From: Eledone cirrhosa
Lineage: Eukaryota
Direction of reading: 5' to 3'
Length of the DNA: 64,000 nucleotides
Assembly: GCA_964016885.1 (NCBI GenBank)
Contig: OZ024741.1
Span: 323,454,001 to 323,518,000 of the forward strand
The position numbers and the translations under genes are program-made. Shown one piece after another: positions 29,252 through 44,544 of this stretch. Positions within the stretch are counted from its first letter, which is position 1. The number at the start of each line of letters is the position of its first letter. A model generated the notes under the pieces. The model worked only from the letters and a program-made list of their open reading frames with translations. It had not been told where the DNA came from and did no database searches.

Positions 29252-32200
29252 AGTCAGTCAACGCGATCAGTCGCATATTTTGGCGTGGGAGACTATTTAT
29301 TAAATTTAAGATGAATACTATCTCCGACAGTAATGCCACAACTACAGCCAGGTTGAATAACTGGTTATTCTTCTAACTATCCCTTCTGAAGACACCTTTT
29401 ATTCGAATTCGTAGAGATATCCGACTAAATAAAATGAATTATATTCATTTTACAAGGATTTGCTACAAACAGCATGGCTGAACACAACATCAACAAGAAA
29501 ATTAAGGAAGTATCGAAGACAAATAACAAAGAAGGTAATCAAACTTTATTCAGTTGTAGCTACAGAAGAAACCGAAATTATAAATCGCATTTCTCTTGGA
29601 GTTGCGAACTTAATAATGATTTATTTAATTGTTATAAAATGGCAAAAAACAATCCCTCCATTGGCTATATGAATAGAATGAAGCTACACTGGGACGAAAT
29701 GCACCCAGAGCTAAATTATTTCACAGCGAAACAATTACGCCAACAAGCGACATTTGTTGAACGTAAAATTAAGATAAATATTATTAATTGTAAGTCCCCC
29801 ACAACAAACATGGAATCAACAACACGTGCTACAGATCGCTATGCTACTAGACTTCCTAGCAGCCAGGTCGAACAGCGCCTTGAAACAACTATGCCTGTAA
29901 GAAATTTGACACCACGTGTACCATCTAAGTCTACCTCGAATGCTGGGGAAAACACTATCGATAATAATAATAATCGAGGAAATAATAATAATAATCGAAT
30001 AAATGTGACACCACGTATACCATCCGAGTCTACCTCAACTGTTGTGGAAAATACTATCGATAATGATAATCAAAAGTATAAACAATTGAAAATTTCCCTC
30101 AACGAAATCTTCCAGAGAGAAATTAACTCATGTATAAATATCTCTCTTGCTGAACGTGTTAAAATGACAATGTGAATAAAAAAACAAATAATGAAATACT
30201 ACGTGTTATTGATGAAATAGGGGATGAATATTTACGACGGATAAAAACCCCAACATTTTGGCAAATCAACGCCTGTTTATATGCCTTAGCAATGACAGTG
30301 AAGCATTATCTTGGTGATAGCAGAGATATTAACAAGAACAAAACACCAACAAAAATACCATCATATATAACTAAAATAGAAAAAAAGAGTGCTGACCTAC
30401 GAAAAAACATAGGACATGTGATAATGCTCCTTACATGCAAACAAACACAAAAAAACCCTCACTCCTCACCAACAAAGAGTGAACAATAAAATAGAGACGA
30501 TGTTTGGTAACAGTAGAACCAGAACTCTCCAATATAAGCTGATCACCCTCAAACAATAATTGAGAGCTGTTAGCGAAAAACGCCGATACCTGAAGAAGGT
30601 AGATGAGAGAAAAATGCTTAATAAAAGATTCAGACGAAACCAAACATCAGTCTATAGAGATATGAAGGGCAAAATAATAAGTGTCACTGAGGCCCCATCC
30701 CAGAAAGACATAGATTCCTTTTGGAGAAAAATATGGGGTGAAAAGAAGAATTTCAACCAAGATGCAGTGTGGCTAAGAGAAATCCGAAAGAACTATTGCT
30801 CCTACACTACAACAAAAACATATGAAATAAGTGAGGGTACCCTTGAGACTGTGATAGGAAAACTCCAAGATAAGAAAACACCAGGAAGAGACATGATTGT
30901 CGGCTACAGGTACAAAAAACTGATATTCTATCTTACTGACCTCTACCAACAAGTTCTTAAGGGAGATACACTTATACCAGAATGGTTGACATTAGCACAA
31001 ACGTTACTGGTCTCCAAGAACAAAGACACCCACTTGGCAAAAAACTACCGACCCATTGCATGCCAGAACCTGATGTATAAGATGTATACAGGCTGCCTGA
31101 ACCTATTCCTCCAAGATCACTGTGAAAATAATAACATCATCACAGATGAACAAGCAGCTGGAAAGAAAAGGGTTTGGGGATGTGCTGAACAACTTGCTAA
31201 TCAACAAAACTGCGATGTCGGAGGTGCGACAACTTAGGAGGAATATGACTACAGTCTGGCTGGACTACAAGAAAGCTTTCGATTCTGTTCCCCACTCTTG
31301 GATGATAGAGGCCCTCCAACTTGCTAAAGTCCCAGACATTATTGTCAGAGCCATAGAGAGGCTGTCTTCTTCTTGGGCTACTATCCTAAGGTTAAAGACA
31401 GAGAGGGAGGACTCTATTTTCACTGATAAAATAAAATATTGCAGGGGTATATTCAGGGGTACAGTCTCTCTGTGATATTGTTCATCTTGTCATTAAACCT
31501 CTTGTCCTTTCTGCTCAAGAAATGTGAGGGATACATGATTGGCTCACAGGAGGACAGAAATACGAACCTAACCCATAACTTCTTTGTGGACGATCTGAAA
31601 CTCTATGCCAAGAACATGGATGGGATGAAGAAAAATCTTGACCTGGTTACAACGTTCTCAAAGGATATAGGAATGGAGTTTGGCCAGGATAAATGCTCAT
31701 ACATGACTGTAAAGTGGGGAAAAATAACAACCCAATCTAGCAACATTGTCATCAATGGTCTAACTGTTTCACCGATATCTGATGAGGACTGCTACAGATA
31801 CCTGGGGATAGATCAGAACATATCCTATAATGGTATCTGTAATAAAGAACGCGTAACCAGGGAATACTACACCCGATTAAGAAAGATATGGTCATCGGAA
31901 CTCTCTGCGCAAAACAAAACAGTGGCTCACAATGTGTTTACTGTGCCTGTCCTAACACCAACGTTTGGAATACTCAATTGGACGATAGACGAAATCCAAG
32001 CAGTTGATGTTGGAACTCGAAAAATACTGAACAACACCGGAAACTTCCACATCAACAGTGACATAGACCGCCTTTACTTGAAACGTAAGCAGGGAGGCAG
32101 AAGCCTAACATCAGTCCAGACAACATTTGAATGTCGCATCATATCTCTCCTACAACATCTAGCAAGTCTATCTGCATGAAACAGATAAGATCATGAGAGT

Positions 32201-33350
32201 TGGGAAGGAACTCCTTGAGAGATATTCCCTGTGTGATAATCAAAAACTCACACCCAGGGATGTCGCTCAGCAGTATCGCAGTGAATCCATGGATGAAAAA
32301 CTTCATGCCTATCAGCAAAAAATCATGCATGGATATGTTGCCAGGAAGCTCCAAAGTGAGAGTAATATAGATAAGGAAAGTAGTCTATCTTGGACCAACA
32401 ACCGTTATATTGGCTCCCACTTTGAAGGATACGCTTTTGCAATCCAAGAACAGGAGATTAGCACGAAATACCTGATTCACAAAAGAGATAGGGATGCAGG
32501 CAAATCACCTAGATGTGATAACAAGTGCAGACTCTGCAGAACTAACATCGAGGATATCACCCATGTCATCAGCAGCTGTCCAAAGATGTCATCGCGGTAC
32601 TATCTACCTATGAGGCATGATGTAGTGGCCAAAACACTGTACAATGCAGTTCGTAAAAAAGATAGCCCCGATAATAAACACATTAAAAGCTACAACAATG
32701 TGGAAGACATCCATGTACATAATATGAAAGAGTACTGGTGGAATGTTCCAGTAAAAACCCCAATAAAATGCAGGCATAACAGACCAGATATTATGATATG
32801 GGACAGGGAGAAGAAAACATGCACAGTAGTGGAAATTAGCTGCCCAGCAGATGCCAATATAATATCAAAGATTAGTGAAAAGGAGAATATTTATGCAGAA
32901 CTGATGAGAAATCTGCAGATACTCCACCCTGATTACACCTTCAGATTTATGCCTGTGATTATTGGGGCACTGGGATATGTTAGTAACTGCCTCAATACAA
33001 ATCTTGAGAAGCTAGGCTTCACAGGAACAGAAAGAACACAACTAGTTAGGAAATTACAAGTACAATCCATTAATGAAACAGTAAAAATATGTAAAACATT
33101 CCAAAAATTTTGCATCTAATAACTGCATATACACATGTACAGATACAAAGCATATACAACATGCACACATACAACTCAAAACATACACATCCACACATAC
33201 AATAACATCCATATCTACACATGCATGCATACATACATATCTACCTAGTTGATGTTGTGTAAATTCCAATGAGAGAGTCTTGTGTCTATGTTAGAAACCG
33301 ACTCTCTCTCTATTGGTAAAACTTTGTGAAATTATAAAACCAGAAGAACA
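29252..33350 (+). mobile_element. R4/Dong-like restriction-endonuclease (RLE) LINE, near full length and frameshifted, flanked by (TACA)n
   Basis: RT motifs NYRPIAC, DYKKAFDSVPH, GIF.G.SLS, FVDDLKLY and YRYLG; CRLC..H..C; RHD; RPDI..VEISCP..K..Y endonuclease. Confidence 0.92.
29474..33119 (+). pseudogene. RLE LINE polyprotein (RT, CCHC finger and PD-(D/E)xK nuclease) in six ORF fragments
   Basis: Consecutive ORFs starting at 29474, 30172, 30560, 31122, 31439 and 32193 carry collinear motifs. Confidence 0.9.
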
Positions 33351-33392
33351 TACATAAATACATACATACATACATACACATATACACATACA

Positions 33393-33426
<34 letters not shown>

Positions 33427-34355
33427 CATACATGAATGCATACAGGTATATCTATATACATAAATATATAAATAAATACATGCATAAATACATAAATACA
33501 TGCATGCACACATGCACTCATTCATACACACGCATACATATATACATGGGTACATATGCTTACATGCATACACAGAAACACACACATACATAGATACATA
33601 CATACATTTTCTTTATGTAAAAAATATTTCTTTAAAAGGAAATAATTAGAAAAACCGATATATGTGGTCAACAGGTTTGTTTAGCACAAGATAATTACTT
33701 TGTTTCATATATTTTAAACATATTTTAAACTTATTTAACATATTGATCAAACAACATTGGTATTTACTCTTTTGACATGAAACTGAAATAAATACTGCTA
33801 TACTTTGACACCTCGTAATGACTTCCATTCTCCAGTGACTTAGCCAACAGATGATAAACTCAGCTTTGTATTTTAACGAACTGAAATTGTTTTACTGCAT
33901 TTATCTTATTTTATTACATCTATATAAAATTGTTTCTGGAATACACATTTATTTTTTGTTCTAAAATTTCAATATATAGAAATATGTTTATTATTCTATT
34001 CATTTTTATTAAGTTACGAACCTAAATTCTTTCACTCTTACTATTTTTCCCTTTCTCTCTCTTTCACACACACACTTCTACAAATCTTTCTCATCCCCTT
34101 CTTTTTATCTCTCCATATCTCTCATATTCTTTTTTTTTTCTGTTTCTCAGTAGAACCGTTTTTGATATCGGAAGAAAAGTATCTCATACATTCATGCGAC
34201 CTGCTACAAATAACTATCAAATCTTCCTCATATCGTGTCCCACCCTACCGTCATAAAAATTACTGATGCATTAGACAATGCATTTATAAATATACTAATC
34301 TAGTATATATTTTATCGATATCTTCTTTGTCGAACCGCTAAGTTGCGACTCATAA

Positions 34356-34695
<340 letters not shown>

Positions 34696-35382
34696 GTTTT
34701 TATAACTGAATATTTTGTATTTTGTATGTTTGTTATTTTCTGGTATGTTGTGTTTGATTTGAATTCACTTGATGTTGGTAGTCGGGTTATATGAAGAAAT
34801 ATAACCACACCAACTTTATTCCATGTACTTTAAACATATTTTAAAACAATATTTATTAAAAGACATTTTGTCTTTACTCTGTTTACAGTAAACTGAATTG
34901 AGTTATTGCAATCAAAACCACAACATACCGCAACACATTACAGTAATGCCTTTAACCAGAAGACGATAAACTCAACTTCGCATTTTATCAAATTGAAATT
35001 GGATAAAATATTTGATAATTGTTTTTTTCCCCATATATTTATATATTTTACTCTATTTTATTTTATTAAATCTATAATTCATTGTTTTTTTTTTCTTCAC
35101 ATACTTATTTTTACGCACTAAATTTTCCATATATGGAAATATTTTTGTATTCCATTAATTTTCATTTAGTAACTCACAGTTATTCTCCCCTCAGCTTTTT
35201 TACCCCTTCTCTCTCTATATATATCTTTCCATTTGTCCCCTTCCAACATCTCCGTCTATACATATTTATCGCAATCTTACTTTTTTCACACTCTTGTCAT
35301 TCGCCACTAATTATCTTATCCGGTTCCTTTCTTTCATCCAGTTCGCCCTCTCTTCTCTTCTATCTATTATCTATCTATCTAG

Positions 35383-35454
<72 letters not shown>

Positions 35455-35455
<1 letters not shown>

Positions 35456-35545
35456 AATATTTTTACATGACTGTATGTAAAATCCCCGGCGTGTGTCTTT
35501 GTATCGTCCCCTTTTCATGTGCGCCCTTGTGGCAAATAAAGAAAT
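35455..35545 (+). mobile_element. Tx1 3'-terminal remnant within (TATC)n
   Basis: GACTGTATGTAAAATCCCCGGC...GTGGCAAATAAAGAAA closely matches the 3' ends at 2748-2823 and 44704-44778. Confidence 0.88.
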
Positions 35546-36448
35546 ATATCTATCTTCCGTTTTCTGGAACACAACAAATCAATCTCACATAACATACAAA
35601 GCATTACCATAGGCATGGCTGTGTGGTTAAGAGATTTGCTTGCAGCCATGCAGTTTAGGTTTCCAATAAGCATCTGAGGGAGTTAGGCTTATTCAGGTCT
35701 ATAAAACTATTGGTTATGCATAAATAAGTAAAATTGTTAATATAAATCTTCTCATCTTCCACATAATATGTTGATTACTAATTTATTTCGTTTTTACACA
35801 ACTCTGTCGCCCGCTTTTTGCATGTCACTCTTTCGCTCTTTATATATCTATTTTCACACACACAAACAAACACACACACGCATATATGATATAAGTCTCA
35901 ATCAATATCAATGATGCAGCTGCCAAATTCGCGAATATTTTTATTCTTTTAAAAAACATTTTTCATTTCATCTTGAATTGAAATCATTTTATTATACTGG
36001 GAATATATCATATCTTTATAAATAGAATTTATGTTTATCATTGTCCGAAAACGTTATAATCAATACGTCTGACAAACTTACTTTGCTTCAGTCATTGTAA
36101 TGCTTCTAAATATTTTTAATGACAGTGTCAGTAAATGTCTACGATAGTATAGTCTCTAATTAGCACTATTCTTCATAAAAAGTCAGAATTAAAAAAAAGG
36201 TTCTTTATTTTAGGTTTGAATGAAAGACACGTGACATATATTTCTATCAGAGTTCAGCTGTGAAGATTTTGCTGTCCAAAACACAGTCGTTATTTCAAGA
36301 ACTTTGAATAAATATTTTCGACTAATTTGATAGAAATGGTGTAGCAGTATATTGTTTTTGGTTTATTGTAAGTGTGGAGTAGGTGTGTGTGCGTGTGTGT
36401 GTGTGGGTGGGTGTATATCTATATCTATATCTACATCTATCTATCTCT

Positions 36449-38971
36449 GGTAGCTAAAGTAGAAGAGGCACTTAGGAATGGCAGTATAGCTGACATGCTA
36501 GCGGCGAGAACGGCACTAAACCAGTTCTTCAACGTGAAACACAAAAGTTGTATTGTCAGAAGTAGAACACGTGTTCTAAAAAACGAGGGAGCCAAAGCTG
36601 TTAGCTGGGCCCGAGTAGCAGAGGCGAAAAGTGGCAACAAATCCACAATTCGGTCTTTGCAAGACAAAGAGGTACGCATTCTACTTGGATCCAAGCAGAT
36701 GTGAACGGCCTTCCAGCAGCACTTAACACAACTGTTCGGGTAAAGCGGTAGATAGAGTGAGGTGATCGACTTCAGTTCCTACCGCGACGGCCTACCACGA
36801 CTCCCGAGCACGGATGCAGAGAGCTGTAAAAGGCCGATCACAGCGGGCGAAATAGAAGATGCCGCTGTGGGAAACGCAAATCATCGGGTTTAGATGGTCT
36901 ACCCTATGAGTTTTACAGAGGTATGCCAGGCTTGTTTTCTGGCAACGGGCAGCAGAACGGGAGAATTCCCAGGCAGAGGCGTAGTAACGCTGATCAGGAA
37001 AGATGAGAACAAGGGGAATGAAATAAGCAATTTAAGGTCCATAACTCTGCTCAACACAGAGTTAAAGATTTTGGCCAAGGTGTTAGCAACGAGGCTGGTG
37101 TTTGTCGTCCAGAACCTGGTAGAGGAAGCGTAAACGTGTGCAATCCCGACCAGGTCCATACGCGACAACCACCTCATGCGATACATCATAGAGAGGGTAG
37201 GGTGTAAACCAGGCTTCGGTGGGGCTCTGATCAATTTAGAGGCGTCTAAGGCATTTGATAGGGTCGACCATCAACACTTGGAAACGGTTCTCAAGGCGGC
37301 CGGCTTCGGCCCCATCTTCAGAGGCTGGATCTTTGCCATGCACACCAGCATCTGCTCGGTAGTCAATGTGAATGGCTACATATCGGAGCTATTCCAAATC
37401 ATGCGTTCCATCCGTCAGGGATGCCCTCTCTCCTCCATTCTGTATGTACTGACTCTCGAGCCATTACTGCGGAAGTTGGAGCTGTTGCAGGGCATCCTGA
37501 TCGAACCAGGACTGCGGAAAGCAGCGTCGACCTATGCCGACGACATAACCGTAATGGTGTCGAAAATCTCGGAAATCGGGGTAATCGGCAACCTATTACA
37601 GGAATACAAAACGTTGACAGGAGCAATACTAAGCCCAAAACAAGTCTGTCGGTTTGCAACTCGGCACATGGAGAAGCAAACCCATGCTTCCCGACCGTGT
37701 CGTTGGACGCTGGACGGAAGGACCGGTGAAATTGGTCGGGGTCTGGTTTCGTCCAGACCTCCAGGTGGACAAGAACTGGAACGAGGTCACGTTGAAGGTA
37801 TTTGCATTCACCCAGAAGTGGGCTAAGTGCAAACTCTCATTGAAAGGTCGAGCGAAGGTGGCGAACACTTACATAGCGTCTGTCATCTACTACCGCTTGA
37901 CAGTCGTGCCTTGTCCCCGCGAACACCTCATCAATATGGAACGCCTACTCTTCAAGTTCCTCTGGAAGAAACAGGCTCCATTGGTGAGGAGATCCATCTG
38001 CTGTCAACACCCTTCTAACGGAGGGCTGGGCATGCCGTGGCTGATGATGCGCAAACATGCGCTTAGGCTACGCCATCTCCATGTATTCCTGACCGGCGAA
38101 CCGGTGTGGCTGTCGTTTGTGAGACGAGCTCTTCCACAACTCGTCTCACTAACAGAAACTCTAGACATCGAGGAGGACGAACTGACCAGTCTGTTCGGGC
38201 GAACATTCCGTCCAGGGCCTATGGATAACTTCCAGAGGTCTCTGGTCTGGCAGTGCTACCGAGGAGCTCTACCAGTTCGAGACAAAATCTACAGGCACGG
38301 ACGACATGGCAGAGATCCCACCAAAAGAACTTGTCCAATATGCGAGCAGGATATCGAAACCGTTCTGCACGCAATTGTTCAGTGCCCAGGGGTGATCGAC
38401 CTGTGCAATTATGTCGAACAGCTACTGTCACGTGTGGGACACACCCAGTTGTCAGCCGAGTCCATCGTACGGATCACCCCGCCACCTTCATTTAAGAATG
38501 AAGGAGAGGCGGTCTTCCTCTGTCTGATGGTTATGGCGAAAGAGGTAATATGGTGGACAAGGTTAAAAGGACTGAGGGCAAACACCTTTCTCTCCGGACA
38601 ACAACTTATCCCCTTCTTTAAGTACCACTTCAGAAGGAAGGTAGGAGTAGAGAGAGGGGTGCTACACCCCAGTAAATTCGCGAAAATGGCCCGCGTGAAT
38701 GGGCCTTCTCTGTATATAAACCTGCAGGTTGAAGAAGATTGACAGAGGGAAGACGGGAACACCTACAAAACGTGTTCCTGGTGTTTAGGGTTGTTCTATC
38801 CACGGGGTGTAAAACAACCCCGCAGTAACGTTCCCCCCTATTGGGGTTTAGGTTGTTTTATTTTATATATAGTTTATTGTTATTCATTATTGTTAAAGGC
38901 TGTATGTAAAACCCCCGCCGTCACGTCTTGTAATGTCCCATTTTTGTACGCCCCTGTAGTAAATAAAGAAA
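36449..38971 (+). mobile_element. Tx1/L1-clade LINE, 5'-truncated, same subfamily as 8520-11724
   Basis: RT with YADD; internal deletion near 38155; 3' UTR matches that of the minus-strand copy; (TATC)-like flanks. Confidence 0.93.
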
Positions 38972-39225
38972 TCTATCTATCTTTCTATCTATCTATCTAT
39001 TTATCTCTCTCTCTTTCTGTCTGACGTGTGGAACATCGCCGGTAAGTTTTTTGTTAATTTCTATGCAAAAAACCGATCTAATTGTTTGAAAAAACACAAC
39101 ACTTTGTAGATTAACCCCAAGCTGAATCGTCAGCTGGGTGGTAATCCCATTTTTCGCCCCTGTAGGGGCGAAAATTTTATTTTAAAAGTTTGTTTTAAAA
39201 TATCAGATTTTACAAAGTAAAAAAC

Positions 39226-41108
39226 TTGAGCAACACTAGAACGCTGGAGAACGTTAATAGAGGAAAGAGAGAGAAAGAGGCAGATATTAACGTTATATCT
39301 GCTTCTGCTACTATGGACGTCGCCATAGATACAACTGTCACAAAAGAAAAAAATATATTAACATTTGAAAATTTTACAATTTCTACCGCCGAAGCGGAAA
39401 AAAATAACACACAGGAAAACACAGCAAAAAAACCCATTGACATACATACATATGAAAAAGACATCAACAAATCTACAGATACATCTACACATAAAGTTTC
39501 ACCTCGACAAGGAACTGAGATTTCCAATAACGATAACAACATCATCAACAGCAACACCACACAAAAAAAGAAAATGTCTTTCGCTGACACAGTGAACAAG
39601 AAACAAGATTTTATAAATCTTGATATCTCCAACGCAAGAGATATGCTCCAGCAAGGGAGAAAATTTGTAGCTTTTGAAGAAAGAGGTGGGTTTAGAATTA
39701 ACTCACCCCTTGAAATAAAGGGAGACACACACCGCCGATCAGTCACTTTTAGGACTGTGTCAAATTCGTCAAGAAAGCCGACATTTGTTAATCAAGCAGA
39801 TATAGAAGATTCTTTCAAGGAAATTCTAGCAAATGTCGATTTTCTCCAGCGAGGAAAACAGTACGGAAGTGTTTCCGTACTGTTTAAAAGCGAGGCACTC
39901 GCCCCCAAAAAGTCTGTGACACCAATAGTGTCAAAAGCATACACCTTTTCCCCTACATACATGGGGAAAAGGACACACAAAAAAAAAACATACCTCCAAG
40001 CATTAACATCTGGTGGATCTTGGCTGGCTTCGTAGAGCCAGAAACAGACATAATACTTTCGATACGAAAATCTATTCGACAAAGGTGGGCGGGCACAGAT
40101 TTGGAGATTCTGTTGCAAATGAAACCGGAGAGAATCTCCAAAATACCCGAAAGAGTCGTTATTGATAATAACAACAAAATAAACATTTCGGTAGAAGGAC
40201 GAAAATTTCATTGCTTTCGCTGTGGTAGCACAGCTCACCTAAAAGCCTCTTGTCCACAAACACACAACAACAACATCATAAAAAAAACGCTATTACCAAC
40301 ACCAACACCAAAACAACCACCACCACCACAAGTACAACGACAGACGAAACGAGCAACCACACCAAAACAAACAGACACTCAACCAACAACAACAGAAAAA
40401 ACAGAGACAACACCCCTGAAGAACACATCCCCACTCCATCCCACTCCATCAAACACTACCACAAACACACATACCGAAACACCACCACCACCACACAACA
40501 TACCCTTACCCCACACACCTGACGATGATTATTCATCGACGGATGAAGCTGCTTCTCCTTCTTTAAGTGAAGAAGAGGGAGAACCGCGGAAATCTAAAAA
40601 ACAAAAGAAGAGACACCACAAAACCCCCAAAACTCCAATCACCAACACACAACCACAGACACAAACAACAACACAAACAACACCACAGTCAAACATCCCC
40701 CTATCAGCAAAACCAGCACCAACACCACCCCAAACACAAGCACCCACCATGAAAAGAAAACTCCCGGATGAACAACAAACTAAAACAACACAACAAAAAC
40801 ACAAACAACAATACGCATACATCAACACAAACAACAAGAGTTTGATGGAGGTCATCTTCCAAAACCCCAAGGTGGAGACGGAGGGCAAAACTTTCGTCAA
40901 GGCAGAATCGTCTCCACACCTTAAACTTATAAGGGTTTCTATGGAAACCTATAAAGACCTAAAAATTAAATTTTCACAGGACGTGGGCAACCCCTGCCAC
41001 AAACCCATCAACCGCGTCCTGTTGAAATGTTCCCCCACCCCACCCAACACCCCATCCAGCACCCAAATGGAGATTGAACAACCCGATCTCCATGAAACGA
41101 AAAGGTAA
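39226..41108 (+). pseudogene. Tx1 ORF1 (gag-like, CCHC zinc knuckle); frameshift near the A-run at 39979-39988
   Basis: SFADTV motif; CFRCGSTAHLKASC knuckle; Pro/Thr-rich linker; position upstream of ORF2. Confidence 0.85.
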
Positions 41109-41154
41109 GTGCAGTGCACCTTTCGTCCTTTTTCTCCAACTTTTCTTCACCAAC

Positions 41155-44100
41155 ATGGCTGGTTTACGAGTTCGAACCGTGAATGTGCGTGGCCTAGGGA
41201 TGCCCTGGAAACAGGGCCAACTTTAAAACGACCTTAGGTCACACAGTATGGATGTGATAGTCATCACCGAGTCCAGGATCCACAACAGGCAGCAACTAAC
41301 CCCCATCTTCGACGACTTTGAGATCTACGCATCTCTCTGTCAGCCAGGAGGTGGAGGTGGAGTGGCTGTTATGTTTCGGAAGAACCTGGACGTCGGAGTA
41401 CAGCAAGTACACTTGGACTCGGAGGGTAGACTGGTAGTCCTAGACGTGAACAGTATCGGAGGTGGAGCCTTCAGACTGGTGGCCGTTTATGCCCCGACCG
41501 GGCAATCGCAATCACGGCCAGACATCTTTAAGTGTCTAGAGTCTTTTCTGGGAACGTCTCGCTCCTTACTTTTAGTGGGGGACTGGAATGGTATCCTAGA
41601 TGCACGATGGGACTATGTGGGAGCATGTCCCAGTAGAGCGGGGTGCAACAGCCTCAAAACTTTAATCGGCCAATTCCAACTGGCCGATAGGTATCGACTG
41701 GATTTCCCGACTGCACCACAGTGGACATGGGCAAACCGCAGCGGGACATCTAGATCGTATTTAGATAGGTTCTTCATTAGAGAAAGTGACAAGGAGATGT
41801 TAAGCTGTCCACGAATGCACATGGTTGCCTATTCAGATCACAAGTTAGTCGTCTGCTTAGTCAACCGTGATAGAATACATAGACAGGGTCCCGGATACTG
41901 GAAGCTGAACGTGTCGTTGCCGGCACGTAAAGCTTACAGTGAACGGATAAGTAGACTTGTCAAGCAACAGTTAACAGGATCCATCGTCAACAATAGATGG
42001 TGGTACTCTCTCAAGAAAGCAATTAGAATAGAATCGATAGGGTATAGCAGAGAGTTAGCCTTAGAGAAAAACAGAATAGAAAGAGAACTAGTAGCCAAGG
42101 TAGAGGAGGCACTTAGAAGTGGCAACGCGGCTAGAGTGTTAGCGTCGAGAACGGCACTGGACCAGTTCTTCGATGCGAAACACGAAGGCTGCGTGGTCAG
42201 AAGCAAAACACGTGCTCTAGGAAACGAAGGAGCGAAAGCTGTCAGCTGGGCCCGAGTGGCGGAGGCAAAAAGTGGCAACATGTCCACGATTCGGTCTTTG
42301 AAAGACCAAAACGGACGCGTGCTACTTGACCCCAAGCAAATGTGCGCGGCCTTTCAGCGGCACTTTGCGCGACTGTTTGAGCAGAACGACGGTGAGCCGA
42401 ACGGGGCAATGGACTTTAGTTCATACCTCGACGGCCTGCCGCGTCTCTCGAACACGGACGCCGAGTTCTGCGAAAGACTGATCACAGCAACTGAGATACG
42501 GGACGGTCTACCCTACGAATTTTACATAGGCATGCCGGACTTGTTCTCTGGCGTCCTCGAAGCCGTCTACTGCAATTGGCAGCAGAACGGGAGAATTCCC
42601 AGTTCTGCAGGCAAGGGCGTAGTAACGCTGATCAGGAAAGACGAGAACAAGGGGGACGAAATTAACAACTTCAGGCCAATAACTCTGCTCAACACAGAGT
42701 TAAAGATTTTGGCCAAGGTGCTAGCAACGAGGTTGGCGCTTATCGCCGAGAACCTGGTAGGGAAAGCGCAAACGTGTGCAATCCCGACCAGGTCCATACA
42801 CGACAACCTCCACCTCATGCGATACATCATAGAGGGTGGGTAGTAAACCCGGCTTCGGTGGGGCTCTGATCAACTTGGATCAGTCTAAGGCATTCGATAG
42901 GGTCGACCATCGATACTTGGAAGTGGTTCTCAAGGCGGCCGGTTTCGGTCCCGTGTTCAGAGAATGGATCGTGGCAATGCACACCAGCATCTGCTCGAGG
43001 GTCAAGGTGAACGGCTACCTATCGGAGCCGTTCGCAATCACACGTTCCATTCGACAGGGATGCCCTCTCTCCTCCATTCTGTATGTATTGACTCTAGGGC
43101 CACTACTGCGGAAATTGGAGCTGTTGCAGGGCATCCCCCTAGAACCGGGACTGCGCAAAGCGGCGTCGGCACATGCCGACGACGTAACGGTAATGGTGTC
43201 GAGCACTTCGGAAATCGGGGTGATCGGCAACTTACTGAAAGAATACGAAACGCTGACGAGAGCAAAACTAAACACGGACAAGTCTGTCGGTTTGCAACTC
43301 GGTACGTGGAGAGGCAAACCGATGACATCCGACAGCGTCGCTGGACGCTGGACGGACGGACCGGTGAAATTGCTCGGGGTCTGGTTCGGTCCAGACCTCC
43401 AGGTGGAGAAAAACTGGAACGAGGTCACGGCCAAGGTGTTTGCACTCAATCAGAAGTGGGCAGAGTGCAAACTGTCCTTGAAAGGTCGAGCGGAGGTGGC
43501 GAACAGTTTCATAGCGTCCGTCATCTACTACCGCTTGACTGCCGTGCCTTGTCCCCGTGAACACCTCGCATGCTCTTCCAGTTTCTGTGGAAGAAGCAGG
43601 CTCCGCTGGTGAGGAGATCCGTCTGCTGTCAGCACCCTTCCAACGGAGGGCTGGGAATGCCGTGGCTGATGATGCGCAAACATGCGCTGAGGCTGCGGCA
43701 TCTCCAGGTATTCCTCACCGACCCCCAACCGGTGTGGGCACCGTTTGTGAGACAGGCTTTCCCACAGCTCGTCTCGCTAACGGAGCTGCAGTCCTGGGTG
43801 AAAAAAAGACCGAAAACGATGGGCGCCTGGCACATTGAATGCGCTCAGGCGCTCACAGTCCTCTGCCAAGCGGGCGCAGAAATCAGTGGGGACTCCACTC
43901 CGACATTCTATAGAGGGATTGTACGTTACAAGGGCGACGACGTGCTCGGAGAGACTCTGGGCGTCGAAGACGATGAGCTCACCAGTCTGTTTGGTAGGAC
44001 TTTCCGCCCGGGACCTATGGACAACTTCCAGAGGTCCCTGGCCTTGCAGTGCTACCGAGGAGCTCTACCGGTTCCTGACAAGATCTACAGGCACGAACGC

Positions 44101-44544
44101 CCTGGCAGGGATCCTTCCAAGATGACGTGTCCAAGATGTGCGCAGGACATTGAAACAGTTTTGCACGCAATTGTACACTGCCCGGGCGTAATCGACCTGT
44201 GGAACTATGCAGAACAACTGCTGTCGCGTATGGGACAAATCCAGTTGACTGCCGAGTCCATAGTAAGGATCAAACCGCCAGCCTCTTTCAAAAACGAAAG
44301 AGAGGCGGTTTTCCTCTGTAGGGTGTCTATGGTGAAAGAAGTTATATGGTGGACGAGGTTGAGAGGACTGAGAACAGATGCCTTTCTCTCTGGACAACAA
44401 TTGATTCCCTTCTTTAAGTATCACTTTAGAAGGAGAATCAGGATGGAGAGAGAGGCACTGTACCTCAGTAAATTTACTGAAAGGTGGCTGAATGAAGCGA
44501 AAATGGCCCGAGTGATTGCGCCTTCTCTGTTTATAAGCCTGTAG
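41155..44544 (+). pseudogene. Tx1 ORF2 (APE, RT, CCHC finger)
   Basis: MAGLRVRTVNVRGL start; stop at 41224; ITES, VYAP, GDWN, YLDRF, SDH; in-frame deletion at about 42505; frameshifts at about 42835 and 43568; YADD changed to HADD; CPRC..H..C. Confidence 0.93.

Noticed and set aside
29386-29440. CTGAAGA upstream of the R4 ORF as a possible 5' ribozyme
   Set aside because: No matching GAAA or stem II found
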